Below are positions 1-9,410 of a DNA stretch of 64,000 nt, piece after piece. The stretch comes from an uncultured bacterium. Its GTDB lineage: Bacteria; Verrucomicrobiota; Verrucomicrobiia; Verrucomicrobiales; DEV007. The translations under genes and the position numbers were made by a program. Within the stretch, counting starts at the first letter, position 1, and each line of letters opens with the position of its first letter. Location of the stretch: contig CAXBMO010000020.1 of NCBI GenBank assembly GCA_963977015.1, positions 49,944-113,943 on the forward strand, in the 5' to 3' direction. The notes beneath the pieces were generated by a model. It saw only the letters and a list, made by a program, of their open reading frames with translations, was not told where the DNA came from and searched no databases.

Positions 1-1399
1 CTTGCAGCTGCCGTTTGAGCTCAGCCTTCCACTCTGCGGCCAATTCCGGTCTCGCCTTCGCGAGATCGTCCTGCTCTCCGAGGTCGGATTCCAGGTTGAA
101 GAGTTCAACACGATCATCTTCGTGATAGTGGATCAGTTTCCACGCTCCTTTTCGAATGGCGGAACTGGGACGCGTCTGGCTCGTCACAAAATCCCCCATC
201 CCGATTTCCTTCGGGCTTTTCTCAAACCCCTTCTCCGGATGATAATACGGAAAGTGCCAGATCAATGGCCTGGCGCGAGGCAGTTCGAAGCCAGGATTTG
301 CCAACACGGGAACCAGGCTCGTTCCGTCACGCGATTCATCGGACTGCGGCATCTCGGAAACCTCGCAAAACGTCGGGAACCAATCGCAGCCGTGAACCAC
401 CGCGTCGCACGCCTTGCCTTCGGGAATTCGACCGGGCCACCGCGCGATCATGGGCACTCGAATGCCTCCTTCATAGAGGTTCCATTTGCTTCCCCTAAGC
501 GGGGCATTGCTCGTGTAGTTGGGATGACCACCGTTGTCCGCCATCAAAACCACCAGGGTGTTCGAAGCCAATCCCGATTGATCCAGCGATTCCAAAACCC
601 GCCCGACGAGATGATCCAGGGTCTCGACCATCGCGCCGTAGGAGGCGCGAATCCCGGGAGCGTCAGGCGGAAGTCGATCCCGATATTTCTCGATCAACCA
701 CGCGCATCGCGAATGGACCGGGTCATGAACAAAGTAGTGGGAAAGGTAGAGGAAAAACGGCTCCTCCTTGTGATGGTCGAGAAATTCGAGCGCCTGATCG
801 GTCAGCGAATCCTGCGGAAACTCCCCATCGGAAACGGGTTCATCGCGAAGTCTCTTGGTCTTGCGATAGGCGTAGGGGTGAGAACCAAAGTCAGAGCTTC
901 CACTCTGGAAACCTTGTTGCAGAGGCCCATGGGTAGGCGACCAACCGAGGTAACCCTGGTAGTGTTGACTCACATGCCACTTCCCGAAAAATCCCGTGGT
1001 CATCCCCGCAGAAGCAAGCGCTTCTCCGATCGTCTCTTCTTCCAAACCCAGATTCAGGGTAAAGGGCGGCGATTGCAGTGGCACCTCGCCGTTGGCGAAT
1101 TGCTGCTGGCCCGGCTTGTCCTTGGTCACAAACTCGAAATTCAGCCTTGCCGGCGTTTTACCAGTGAGGATCGCAGCGCGAGAGGCGGAACAAATGGGCG
1201 CGGGTGCGTAAGCCTGCGTAAACCGCATCCCCTGCCCCGCCAGGCGATCGATGTTCGGCGTGTCGTGAATCGGATTTCCGTAACATCCGAAATCGCTCCA
1301 CGCGACGTCGTCGGCCAGAATGAAGACGATATTGGGAACCTCTGCCTTGGCGCTTGCCCAAGCACAAATTCCAGCCAGAACGAGCAGGCGAAGCGTCAC
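1..1399 (-). CDS. Sulfatase (arylsulfatase A-like), 3' end truncated by window edge; not in the ORF track
   Basis: Manual minus-strand translation from GTG at 1399 (overlaps the purB stop): signal peptide, PNIVFILADD, TPNIDRLA, APICSASRAAILTG, and C-terminal ELFNLESDLGEQDDLA. Confidence 0.9.
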   Translation of the reverse strand, partial: MTLRLLVLAGICAWASAKAEVPNIVFILADDVAWSDFGCYGNPIHDTPNIDRLAGQGMRFTQAYAPAPICSASRAAILTGKTPARLNFEFVTKDKPGQQQFANGEVPLQSPPFTLNLGLEEETIGEALASAGMTTGFFGKWHVSQHYQGYLGWSPTHGPLQQGFQSGSSDFGSHPYAYRKTKRLRDEPVSDGEFPQDSLTDQALEFLDHHKEEPFFLYLSHYFVHDPVHSRCAWLIEKYRDRLPPDAPGIRASYGAMVETLDHLVGRVLESLDQSGLASNTLVVLMADNGGHPNYTSNAPLRGSKWNLYEGGIRVPMIARWPGRIPEGKACDAVVHGCDWFPTFCEVSEMPQSDESRDGTSLVPVLANPGFELPRARPLIWHFPYYHPEKGFEKSPKEIGMGDFVTSQTRPSSAIRKGAWKLIHYHEDDRVELFNLESDLGEQDDLAKARPELAAEWKAELKRQLQ

Positions 1400-2823
1400 A
1401 AGATCGCTCCCGGCTCGTAGGCTTCGGCATCGGGATACGCCTCACAAAGCTTCTTCACGTTGGCCACAAATCCGTCGATCTGCGCTTTCGCGGCACCTGT
1501 CCGGGAGCGCCCGGCTTCCAGAATGCTGTTGAGATCCTCCCGCGACATTCCAATCCGCTCATCCTTCGCCAACCGCTCCACAAAATCGTTCTCGACCTGC
1601 TCACCAGATCGCAACGCTTTCACCGCAGCAACCGCGTTTTCCTTGATCGCCTCGTGGGCAACTTCGCGACCCACGCCAGACTTGACCGCCTCCATCAGAA
1701 ACGTCGTCGAAAGCAGGAACGGCAGATAATGTTCGTTCTCCCGTTCGATGACCGCCGGATAGACTTCCATCTGGCCCAGCACCGTCAAAAACGTCTCCAG
1801 CAAGCCATCCATCGCGAAAAACGCGTCGGGCAACATCACCCGCCGAACGACACTGCAGGACACATCACCTTCGTTCCATTGATCGCCTGACAATCCTGCC
1901 GCCATCGTCTGATAGCCTTTCAAGATCGTGTGGAAACCGTTGATTCTCTCGCAACTGCGGCTGTTCATCTTGTGCGGCATCGCGGAAGAGCCGACCTGGC
2001 CTTTCGCAAACCCTTCGCTTGCCGTCTCGTGACCGGCCATCAGGCGAAGCGTCTTGGCAAAGCTGCTCGGTCCCGACGCGAGTTCGACCAACGTGCTCAC
2101 CACGCGTCCGTCGAGGCTGCGGGGATAAACCTGACCGACTGCCGAGTAGGTTTGGGGGATTCCCAAGTGATGGACGACTTTCTCCTCCAGACTCGACGCC
2201 CGTCCAGCATCGCCTTCAACCAGGCTGAGTTGATCGAGCTGCGTCCCGACCGCACCCTTCAACCCTCGCGCCGGATACGTTGCAAGAATGTGGCGAAGTT
2301 GCTCAAAGCTGGAGAAAAACTCTTCGCCAAACATGGCGATCCGTTTCCCGAACGTTGTCAATTGCGCTGCAACATTGTGGGTCCGCGCCGTGATGATGAT
2401 CTCGGCAAATTCGTCCGCGCGGCGCGCCAAAGCCGCCAGCGTTGCCGCTGACTTCCTCTCGATGACCTGAAGCGCCCGAAAAACCTGCAACTGCTCGACG
2501 TTCTCCGTCAAATCGCGGCTCGTCATGCCTTTGTGAATGTGCTCGCAGCCTGCCAGATCACAAAACTCCTCGATCCTGGCTTTCACATCATGCCGCGTCA
2601 CTCGCTCGCGCTTCATGATGGAATCGAGATCGACCGTGTCCTTCACCTTCTCGTAAGCCGCAATCGCTTCGGCGGGAACTTCGATTCCCAAATCCTGCTG
2701 TGCCTTCATCACGGCAATCCATAACTCACGCTCCAGAACGACTTTACCTTCGGGCGACCAAATTTGACGCATCGCTGGGGATGCATAGCGTTCCGCGAGA
2801 ACGTTGGGGACAGATGATGACAT
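1396..2823 (-). CDS. purB: Adenylosuccinate lyase
   Basis: Fumarate-lyase signature GSSAMPHKMN, RHDVKA, HKGMTSRD; start taken at MSSSVPNVLAERYAS. Confidence 0.95.
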   Translation of the reverse strand: MSSSVPNVLAERYASPAMRQIWSPEGKVVLERELWIAVMKAQQDLGIEVPAEAIAAYEKVKDTVDLDSIMKRERVTRHDVKARIEEFCDLAGCEHIHKGMTSRDLTENVEQLQVFRALQVIERKSAATLAALARRADEFAEIIITARTHNVAAQLTTFGKRIAMFGEEFFSSFEQLRHILATYPARGLKGAVGTQLDQLSLVEGDAGRASSLEEKVVHHLGIPQTYSAVGQVYPRSLDGRVVSTLVELASGPSSFAKTLRLMAGHETASEGFAKGQVGSSAMPHKMNSRSCERINGFHTILKGYQTMAAGLSGDQWNEGDVSCSVVRRVMLPDAFFAMDGLLETFLTVLGQMEVYPAVIERENEHYLPFLLSTTFLMEAVKSGVGREVAHEAIKENAVAAVKALRSGEQVENDFVERLAKDERIGMSREDLNSILEAGRSRTGAAKAQIDGFVANVKKLCEAYPDAEAYEPGAIL

Positions 2824-2955
2824 GGCGCCACTTGAGCCAAGAAAAGGGCGATGTAAACCCACGATCGACCTGGCATAATCCACGATAAACGATTGGACGC
2901 GCTGCCCCTCACGTCCAAGAATCAGCATGGGCATCCCCTGTCCGGAAAAATTACC

Positions 2956-3750
2956 ATGACCGTCGCGGATCAACTCTTCACGGATGCAGCGAACTTGTCT
3001 GTCATTTTGCTCGGCATCGCCTTGCTGACAGGACAATTGTTTCGGCGGAAATTCGCGTTCCAGGAGGCAGCACCACTCGGAAACGTCTCCGTTGAGGAAT
3101 ACCGCGCGCCCGAGTTGCTGATCGCTCTTGGCATGATCGTAATTTTCTACATCAAGGGAACCACCGCGTTCTCGGCCTCCTGGCTAACGCTTCTCGCTCC
3201 CATCCTGGTCCTGATTCATCTCGGGCCCATTCGAAGTTTGCCACTCCTCGAGCATTTTGGCCTGGACCGGAAGCTCGACCGCCCCTTTCTGGTTCGCAGA
3301 ATATTGCCGATGTTTGGAATCGTGACGGCCGTCACACTGTTGACGATGTACCTTTGGCAACTGTGGCTCACGGATCTTGTTGGCGAACTCCCGGCCCAAC
3401 CTGGTATTCAGATGCTCCGCGACAATCCAAAAAATGTCGGCATCTGGCTCGCCCTTTTCATCCAGGCCTGCATTTTTGCCCCGATTGCGGAGGAGGTCCT
3501 TTTCCGCGGTTTCCTATATCCGGTGTTGAAGCGCTTTGTTCAACCGTTTGCCGCGGCGGTCGTCGTCGCGGGAATTTTCGCGATCGCCCATCCCGTCAAT
3601 GCCGCATCCCTCGCGCCACTCTTCGTTCTCGGCATCCTCCTCGTAATTTGCTATGAATGGACCGGGACGCTTTGGGCTCCCATTCTGGTTCATTTCGGCT
3701 TCAACGCTTTCAATCTGGTCTACACCTTTGCTTCCGTGAATGCAGGATGA
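2956..3750 (+). CDS. CPBP (CAAX/Abi) family intramembrane metalloprotease
   Basis: APIAEEVLFRG, FAIAH and HFGFN motifs; multiple TM segments; start uncertain. Confidence 0.85.
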   Translation: MTVADQLFTDAANLSVILLGIALLTGQLFRRKFAFQEAAPLGNVSVEEYRAPELLIALGMIVIFYIKGTTAFSASWLTLLAPILVLIHLGPIRSLPLLEHFGLDRKLDRPFLVRRILPMFGIVTAVTLLTMYLWQLWLTDLVGELPAQPGIQMLRDNPKNVGIWLALFIQACIFAPIAEEVLFRGFLYPVLKRFVQPFAAAVVVAGIFAIAHPVNAASLAPLFVLGILLVICYEWTGTLWAPILVHFGFNAFNLVYTFASVNAG

Positions 3751-4663
3751 ACGTCCAAGTGAGGAAACCCTGAAACAAGCGGGCGAAAACGCGATCATCG
3801 AGCACCTGACGAAGCATCTGCACTACGGGGACGATGTCGTCGCCGGCCCGGGCGATGACTGCGCGGTGATTCAACAAAGTGAAGATCGATTCCAGCTTCT
3901 GAAGACCGACAGCGTGATCGAGCAAGTTCACTTTCTTCCAAATTCGGATCCTGAGAAAATCGGTTGGAAAGCAGCGGCGCGCGTTGTCAGCGATTTTGCG
4001 GCGATGGGAGGCGGCCAACCGCAAAACGCCTTGATCACCCTGATCAGCCCCGGCGACCGTCGGCTCGACTGGGCTCGAAACATCTATCGCGGTCTCGAGC
4101 GATGTGCCCAGCAATTCGAATTCTCGATTGTCGGTGGCGAAACGTCTCAATCGCCGGCCGAAGCACCCATCGCCATCATCACCGTGGCCATGAGCGGCGA
4201 GATCGAGAACAAGCGTTGCGTGTTTCGCTCCGGAGCACGAATCGGCGATGCGATTTACGTGACCGGACGGCTGGGCGGCTCGATTTCCGGCAAGCATCTC
4301 CAGTTCATACCACGCCTGCGGGAAGCGGGTTGGCTGACCAGGCAATTTTCCGGCGCCATTCATGCGATGATGGATCTGAGCGATGGTCTCGCCAAAGATC
4401 TCCCGCGCTTGGCGACGGCGAGTAAAGTCGGGTTCCGGATCGACCGCGATCAGATTCCCTGCAACGAACACTGTACGGTCGAACAAGCTTTGCGGGATGG
4501 AGAGGACTACGAGCTTCTGTTTACCGCCGATCCTGACGCGAATTTGGAGACCGACTGGAAGAATGAATTTCCCGATCTCCCTCTTACTCAGATCGGTAGG
4601 ATTACCGACTCCTCAGAATCCGAGAACCTGACCGGCGGATGGGACCCTTTCGAAAAGGACTGA
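3740..4663 (+). CDS. thiL: Thiamine-monophosphate kinase
   Basis: GDDCA, SDFAAMGG, GGET, MDLSDGL and GEDYELLFT motifs. Confidence 0.93.
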   Translation: MQDERPSEETLKQAGENAIIEHLTKHLHYGDDVVAGPGDDCAVIQQSEDRFQLLKTDSVIEQVHFLPNSDPEKIGWKAAARVVSDFAAMGGGQPQNALITLISPGDRRLDWARNIYRGLERCAQQFEFSIVGGETSQSPAEAPIAIITVAMSGEIENKRCVFRSGARIGDAIYVTGRLGGSISGKHLQFIPRLREAGWLTRQFSGAIHAMMDLSDGLAKDLPRLATASKVGFRIDRDQIPCNEHCTVEQALRDGEDYELLFTADPDANLETDWKNEFPDLPLTQIGRITDSSESENLTGGWDPFEKD

Positions 4664-4673
4664 GCAAGAGGCG

Positions 4674-4702
4674 TTGACAGCGTCACACAGACTGATCATT
4701 CT
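4674..4702 (+). promoter_or_regulatory. Putative sigma70-type promoter of the response regulator gene
   Basis: TTGACA (4674-4679), 17-nt spacer, CATTCT (4697-4702), 24 nt before the ATG at 4727. Confidence 0.5.
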
Positions 4703-4726
4703 AGGGGCGAATCCGACCGAAACACG

Positions 4727-5173
4727 ATGGAAACGCCAGATCCTGCATCATCAGCCAAACCGCGAGTGCTCCTCGTTGATGACGAACCGAGTTTTACGCA
4801 ACTGATGAAGGCCAACCTGGAGCGAATCTCCAATTTTGCCGTCGCCTGTGTCAACGACTCCACCAAGGTTCTTACCATCTGTCAGGAATGGAAACCGGAC
4901 GTGGTCGTCCTTGATGAAATGATGCCGGAAATCAACGGCTACGAGATTTTCAAGACGATTCGCAATTCGGAGGTGCTTCCCAACATCCGCATCATCATGC
5001 TCTCGGCCTGTTACCGGCCACACGATCTGGAGAACGAGTTGAAGGGAAACCACGATCACATGAAGTTTTCGAAACCGATCAAAGCCCGGGAACTCGTTCA
5101 GGCAATCACCGTGGAACTGGAGCGCGCAAAGAAGGAACGCCAAACTTCAGGACCTCCGGATTCCAAGCCTTAG
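4727..5173 (+). CDS. Single-domain response regulator (receiver only)
   Basis: VLLVDDE, PDVVVLDEMMPEING, IIMLSA and KP motifs; no output domain. Confidence 0.9.
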   Translation: METPDPASSAKPRVLLVDDEPSFTQLMKANLERISNFAVACVNDSTKVLTICQEWKPDVVVLDEMMPEINGYEIFKTIRNSEVLPNIRIIMLSACYRPHDLENELKGNHDHMKFSKPIKARELVQAITVELERAKKERQTSGPPDSKP

Positions 5174-5199
5174 GCTGGTCCTCGATCAATGCACTCTGA

Positions 5200-5778
5200 A
5201 TGATCGACGATCTCTTCAGCACCTTACGACGTCGTTACCATCTGCGGCACTGGACCTGGCAAGGTGCCAAATTCCCACCCTGTCCCGAATGGTTGGAGAA
5301 TGACGACCTGAAGGTCTTTTTCACCCGCGGCCCAAAGGTTCTCCGCAATGGTCAACTGACCTGGGGCATTGTCGTCCTCGCCGATCGCCATCTGCATGAT
5401 CCCAAGGACCCGCGAGATGGCGTTGCCGAGATGCTCTATGCAACGCGCGGAGGCGCAGCAACGTCCATCGAGCACCTGCTCGGAGTTCGAGCCCGACTCC
5501 AGGAACTCGCCGGCAACAGCGAACCGGAAACGGACCCTTCGCACAGTTCCGAACGCATGTTCGGCGAGGTTTTGCCGGATTGGATCGCCCAGGGAACGCC
5601 TTGTGCCGTCAGCACCACTTACGTCATTCGAAACCATTTGCCGGGTCGTCGCCTCGCCGACTACGTCGTTCCGATTCTCATGAGCCAGAACGACCCCAAA
5701 GTCGTGGCGATTCTCCCCGTGTATTTTTGGCCGAAGTATTTTGTCGCTCAGTGGCTGAATCTTCCCCGGGGGAGCTGA
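5200..5778 (+). CDS. Hypothetical protein
   Basis: 192-aa ORF co-oriented with its neighbours and filling the gap; no motif recognised. Confidence 0.6.
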   Translation: MIDDLFSTLRRRYHLRHWTWQGAKFPPCPEWLENDDLKVFFTRGPKVLRNGQLTWGIVVLADRHLHDPKDPRDGVAEMLYATRGGAATSIEHLLGVRARLQELAGNSEPETDPSHSSERMFGEVLPDWIAQGTPCAVSTTYVIRNHLPGRRLADYVVPILMSQNDPKVVAILPVYFWPKYFVAQWLNLPRGS

Positions 5779-5837
5779 AAAGAGTTTTTTGCCGGATTTT
5801 GATCAAAGTAAGGCGTTGTCGGTCTGAGATCTGCAAC

Positions 5838-8159
5838 GTGACATGGCGACTCCAGCTCCTCTTTGTTTTAATTCTCGCGCCAGCGGTTCGTGCGGCTGAG
5901 GATTCCCCGCCAATCTGGCCGTTTTTCGAAAACCACTGCGTCGAATGCCACGACGATTCCACTGCCAAGGGCGGGCTTGATTTGTATGAAGCCATTGAGA
6001 ACACCATCGCCGGGAAGAAATCGGTTCAACGATGGACGGAGATTTTTGACCGCGTCGATCACGATGAAATGCCGCCCCCCAAGAAGCCTCGTCCCGCTGC
6101 CGAGGAGAAAGCCGCGTTCCTCGATTGGATCCGTCCACGGCTGATTCAGGCCGACGCCACCGAGCGCGAAGTCGTTCACCGGAGACTCAATCGCGAAGAA
6201 TACGAAAACACGGTTCGCGATCTGTTGGGGATCGAAACGGACCTGAAAGAATTGCTGCCGGAAGACCAATCGGCGTTTGGGTTCGACAACAATGGCGGGG
6301 CGCTCGCCATTTCCGCCGAGTTGATTGAGCGCTATCTGGAAGCCGCGCGGAGAGCGATCGACGCGACACTTTATGAGGGGCCTCAACCCGAGGTTGAAAC
6401 GTTTACCGCCAGTTCTCTCAAAGAAGTGACTCCATATCTCGGCGGCCATTTTGCAAGGATCGACGATCACATTTTCCGGTTCATGCGAACGCGCGGCAAC
6501 TACAGCAAGATCTCCAGCCGAAGCCGGCGCACCACTCACGCCGGTCGTTACCGGGTTCGCTTTTCGGCGCGAACCGTCAACTCGCCAACGCCCATCACCT
6601 TTTCCGCTGTCGCCCTCAACCACCAAGGCATTGGCGGAAAGTCGGAAACGGTCGGCTACTTCGAAGCGAGCGAGAAACCAACGTTCTTCGAGTTTGAAGT
6701 GAACGTCGAAAAGGGCTCTTACGTTCAGATCTTCTCCCACGATTTGCCCGTCTGGGTGAAGAACCCCTCGATCGACGAACATGCCGCCGTCGGCATCGGT
6801 CCCTTTGCGTGGACCGGCCCGCTCTATGAAAGTTGGCCGCCTCCGTCCCATCAGAATCTCCTCGGCGACTGTGATCTCGAAACGGGAACGCTTGAGGACG
6901 CCGAAACGGTCTTTCGGAAGTTTCTTCCGAGAGCCTTCCGAAGACCCGTCACCGAAGCAGAAATTGCCCGACCCGTCGCGCTCGTAAAAAAGGCGATCGA
7001 TGCGGGACGCCCTTTTTCCGAGAGTCTCCGCGTGGGACTCGAAAGCATTCTTTGCTCGCCGAATCTTCTCTTCCTCCGCGAAACGAGCCACGAACAAGAT
7101 CGAATCTCTGATTACGAGTTAGCCTCGCGACTGTCCTACTTTCTTTGGAACTCCACTCCCGACCAGGTCCTCCTCGATCACGCCGCCAACGGAGAACTCA
7201 GCAATCCTACTCACCTCAGCCAGGAAGTTGAGCGCATGCTCAACCACCCCAAGAGCGACCGGTTTGTCGAAAACTTCACCGGGCAATGGCTCAAACTCCG
7301 CGAGATCAATGCGACGACGCCGGACGGCAAGCTCTACAAGGAATTCGATGAGGTGTTGCAAGTCAGCATGATCGCGGAATCCCAGGCTTTCTTCGATCAT
7401 CTCCTGACCGAGAACCTTCCGCTAACGAACTTCCTGGATTCGGATTTCGCGATGTTGAATCGCCGTCTCGCCAATCACTACGGGATCGACGGCGTTGAAG
7501 GTTTTGCGATGCAACCGGTTGCCTTGCCGCCCGGTCACGTTCGCGGCGGAGTCCTGACCCAAGGGGCCGTTCTCAAAGTGACCGCCAACGGGACCAACAC
7601 CTCACCCGTGATGCGCGGTGTCTGGGTTTTGGAGAACGTGTTGGGAAAACACATCCCTCCTCCCCCGCCGAACATCGAAGGAATCGAGCCCGACATCCGC
7701 GAAGCCACCACAATTCGGGAGAAACTGGATTTGCACCGGAATTCGGAAAGCTGCGCCAGTTGCCATCAATACATCGACCCACCGGGTTTCGCCCTCGAAA
7801 GCTTCGATCCGATTGGCAGCTACCGCGAAAACTATCTCCAGTTCAAAGTGAATCCCAAATTCGCGGACAAAGGTTGGGGATCCGTGGTCAAGGCAAAGCC
7901 CGTTGATGCATCGGGCCAGTTTGCGACCGGCGAGGCTTTTGCAACGTTTCAAGAATTCCGGGCGCTCCTTCTCGAGGATTCCGAAACCTTCGCCGCCTGC
8001 CTGACCGATCGACTGGCGACCTATGCGCTCGGTCGCGAGATGGGCTTTTCCGACCGCGAAGCGCTTCATTCCATCGTCTCCAAAACCCGGGCAGAAGGAA
8101 ACGGCTTTCGCACCTTGATTCACAACCTCATTTCCAGCCCCCTCTTCTCCCAACCATGA
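5838..8159 (+). CDS. DUF1592/DUF1588/DUF1587/DUF1595/DUF1585-domain protein with planctomycete-type cytochrome c domain
   Basis: Signal peptide after GTG at 5838; CVECH and CASCH heme motifs; RRLNREEYENTVRDLLG, ELASRLSYFLW, TSPVMRGVWVLE. Confidence 0.88.
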   Translation: MTWRLQLLFVLILAPAVRAAEDSPPIWPFFENHCVECHDDSTAKGGLDLYEAIENTIAGKKSVQRWTEIFDRVDHDEMPPPKKPRPAAEEKAAFLDWIRPRLIQADATEREVVHRRLNREEYENTVRDLLGIETDLKELLPEDQSAFGFDNNGGALAISAELIERYLEAARRAIDATLYEGPQPEVETFTASSLKEVTPYLGGHFARIDDHIFRFMRTRGNYSKISSRSRRTTHAGRYRVRFSARTVNSPTPITFSAVALNHQGIGGKSETVGYFEASEKPTFFEFEVNVEKGSYVQIFSHDLPVWVKNPSIDEHAAVGIGPFAWTGPLYESWPPPSHQNLLGDCDLETGTLEDAETVFRKFLPRAFRRPVTEAEIARPVALVKKAIDAGRPFSESLRVGLESILCSPNLLFLRETSHEQDRISDYELASRLSYFLWNSTPDQVLLDHAANGELSNPTHLSQEVERMLNHPKSDRFVENFTGQWLKLREINATTPDGKLYKEFDEVLQVSMIAESQAFFDHLLTENLPLTNFLDSDFAMLNRRLANHYGIDGVEGFAMQPVALPPGHVRGGVLTQGAVLKVTANGTNTSPVMRGVWVLENVLGKHIPPPPPNIEGIEPDIREATTIREKLDLHRNSESCASCHQYIDPPGFALESFDPIGSYRENYLQFKVNPKFADKGWGSVVKAKPVDASGQFATGEAFATFQEFRALLLEDSETFAACLTDRLATYALGREMGFSDREALHSIVSKTRAEGNGFRTLIHNLISSPLFSQP

Positions 8160-9397
8160 AGTCTCTGAATCGTCGTCGCTTTTTGCGCGGAGTCGGCGTC
8201 TCTCTCGCCCTTCCGATCCTCGAATCCCGCGGTGCCGGCGTGAAGCCGGGTTCCGGCCCCATCAATCGCTTCGTCGCGATCAATGTTCCGCTCGGTTTTC
8301 ATCCGCCACGTTTTTTCCCGACCACAGCCGGTCGCGACTACGAGACCAGCGAATATCTGAAGGCTGCCGATCATCTTCGCAACGATTTCACGATCATTTC
8401 CGGAACCAGTCACCCCGGGGTTGATGGTGGACACAGCGCGGAAAAATCTTTCCTCACCGCCGCACCTCATCCAGGCGAGCGCGGGTTCAAAAACACGATT
8501 TCCGTCGATCAGGTCATCGCCAAGCAGATTGGCGATTCGACCCGCTACGCATCACTCGCCACCGGCGACCGCAGCTTATCATGGACCGCCAACGGCGTCT
8601 CCATCCCCCAGATCCAATCACCCGCCCAACTCTTCAACGATCTCTTCCTGTCCGGCAACGCCAACGAAGTCGAGCAACGCCGCAGGCAACTCTCGGACGG
8701 TCATAGCATCATCGATTCCGTTCTGGACGAGGCGAAGGCCATGCAACGGGAAATCAGTCGCGCGGATCAGGAGAAAATGGATCAGTTTTTCACCGCAGTT
8801 CGCGAAACCGAAAATCGGCTGACGAAAGCGGACCGCTGGCTCGACACGCCCAAGCCAAAGGTCGAGGCGAAGCAACCTGACGACTATCGGTCCGTCGATA
8901 TCGAGCAATGGACGCGTTCCCATTTTGAGGTCAATCGACTCGCTTTGATGACGGACTCGACGCGGGTCATCAGCTTTGGCGCGGCCGGTCATGGAAGTGT
9001 CGTTCCGCTGCCGGGCGTCACCATGGGATACCACGGGCTTTCCCACCATGGGAAGAACCCGGACATGCTCCGCCAACTCGGAATCATCGAACATGCGATG
9101 ATCAAAGTCTGGGCCGAGTTCATTGAGAACCTCAAAGACACGCCTGATGGCGATGGAACCCTGCTCGACCACACCCAGGTGCTGTTGGGAAGTAATCTCG
9201 GCAACGCGAGCGGTCACCTCACGACCAACCTACCCGTGATTCTCGCCGGAGGCGGTTACCAACATGGTCAGCACCTCGCCTTCGATGGAAAGGACAACTA
9301 TCCGCTTCCCAATCTCTTCGTCAGCATCATGCAACGACTCGGGCTCGAAGCGGATCGCTTCGCCTCAAGCACGGGAACAATGACCGGCCTGGCGTGA
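8156..9397 (+). CDS. DUF1552-domain protein (Tat-type RRRFL start)
   Basis: RRRFLRGVGVSLALPILE, ISVDQVIA, HGLSHHG, NLPVILAGG; ATGA overlap with the upstream gene, the usual pairing. Confidence 0.88.
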   Translation: MKSLNRRRFLRGVGVSLALPILESRGAGVKPGSGPINRFVAINVPLGFHPPRFFPTTAGRDYETSEYLKAADHLRNDFTIISGTSHPGVDGGHSAEKSFLTAAPHPGERGFKNTISVDQVIAKQIGDSTRYASLATGDRSLSWTANGVSIPQIQSPAQLFNDLFLSGNANEVEQRRRQLSDGHSIIDSVLDEAKAMQREISRADQEKMDQFFTAVRETENRLTKADRWLDTPKPKVEAKQPDDYRSVDIEQWTRSHFEVNRLALMTDSTRVISFGAAGHGSVVPLPGVTMGYHGLSHHGKNPDMLRQLGIIEHAMIKVWAEFIENLKDTPDGDGTLLDHTQVLLGSNLGNASGHLTTNLPVILAGGGYQHGQHLAFDGKDNYPLPNLFVSIMQRLGLEADRFASSTGTMTGLA

Positions 9398-9410
9398 TCC
9401 GCCTTCCCTG

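Noticed and set aside
2-1420. 472-aa plus-strand ORF
   Set aside because: Antisense shadow of the minus-strand sulfatase.
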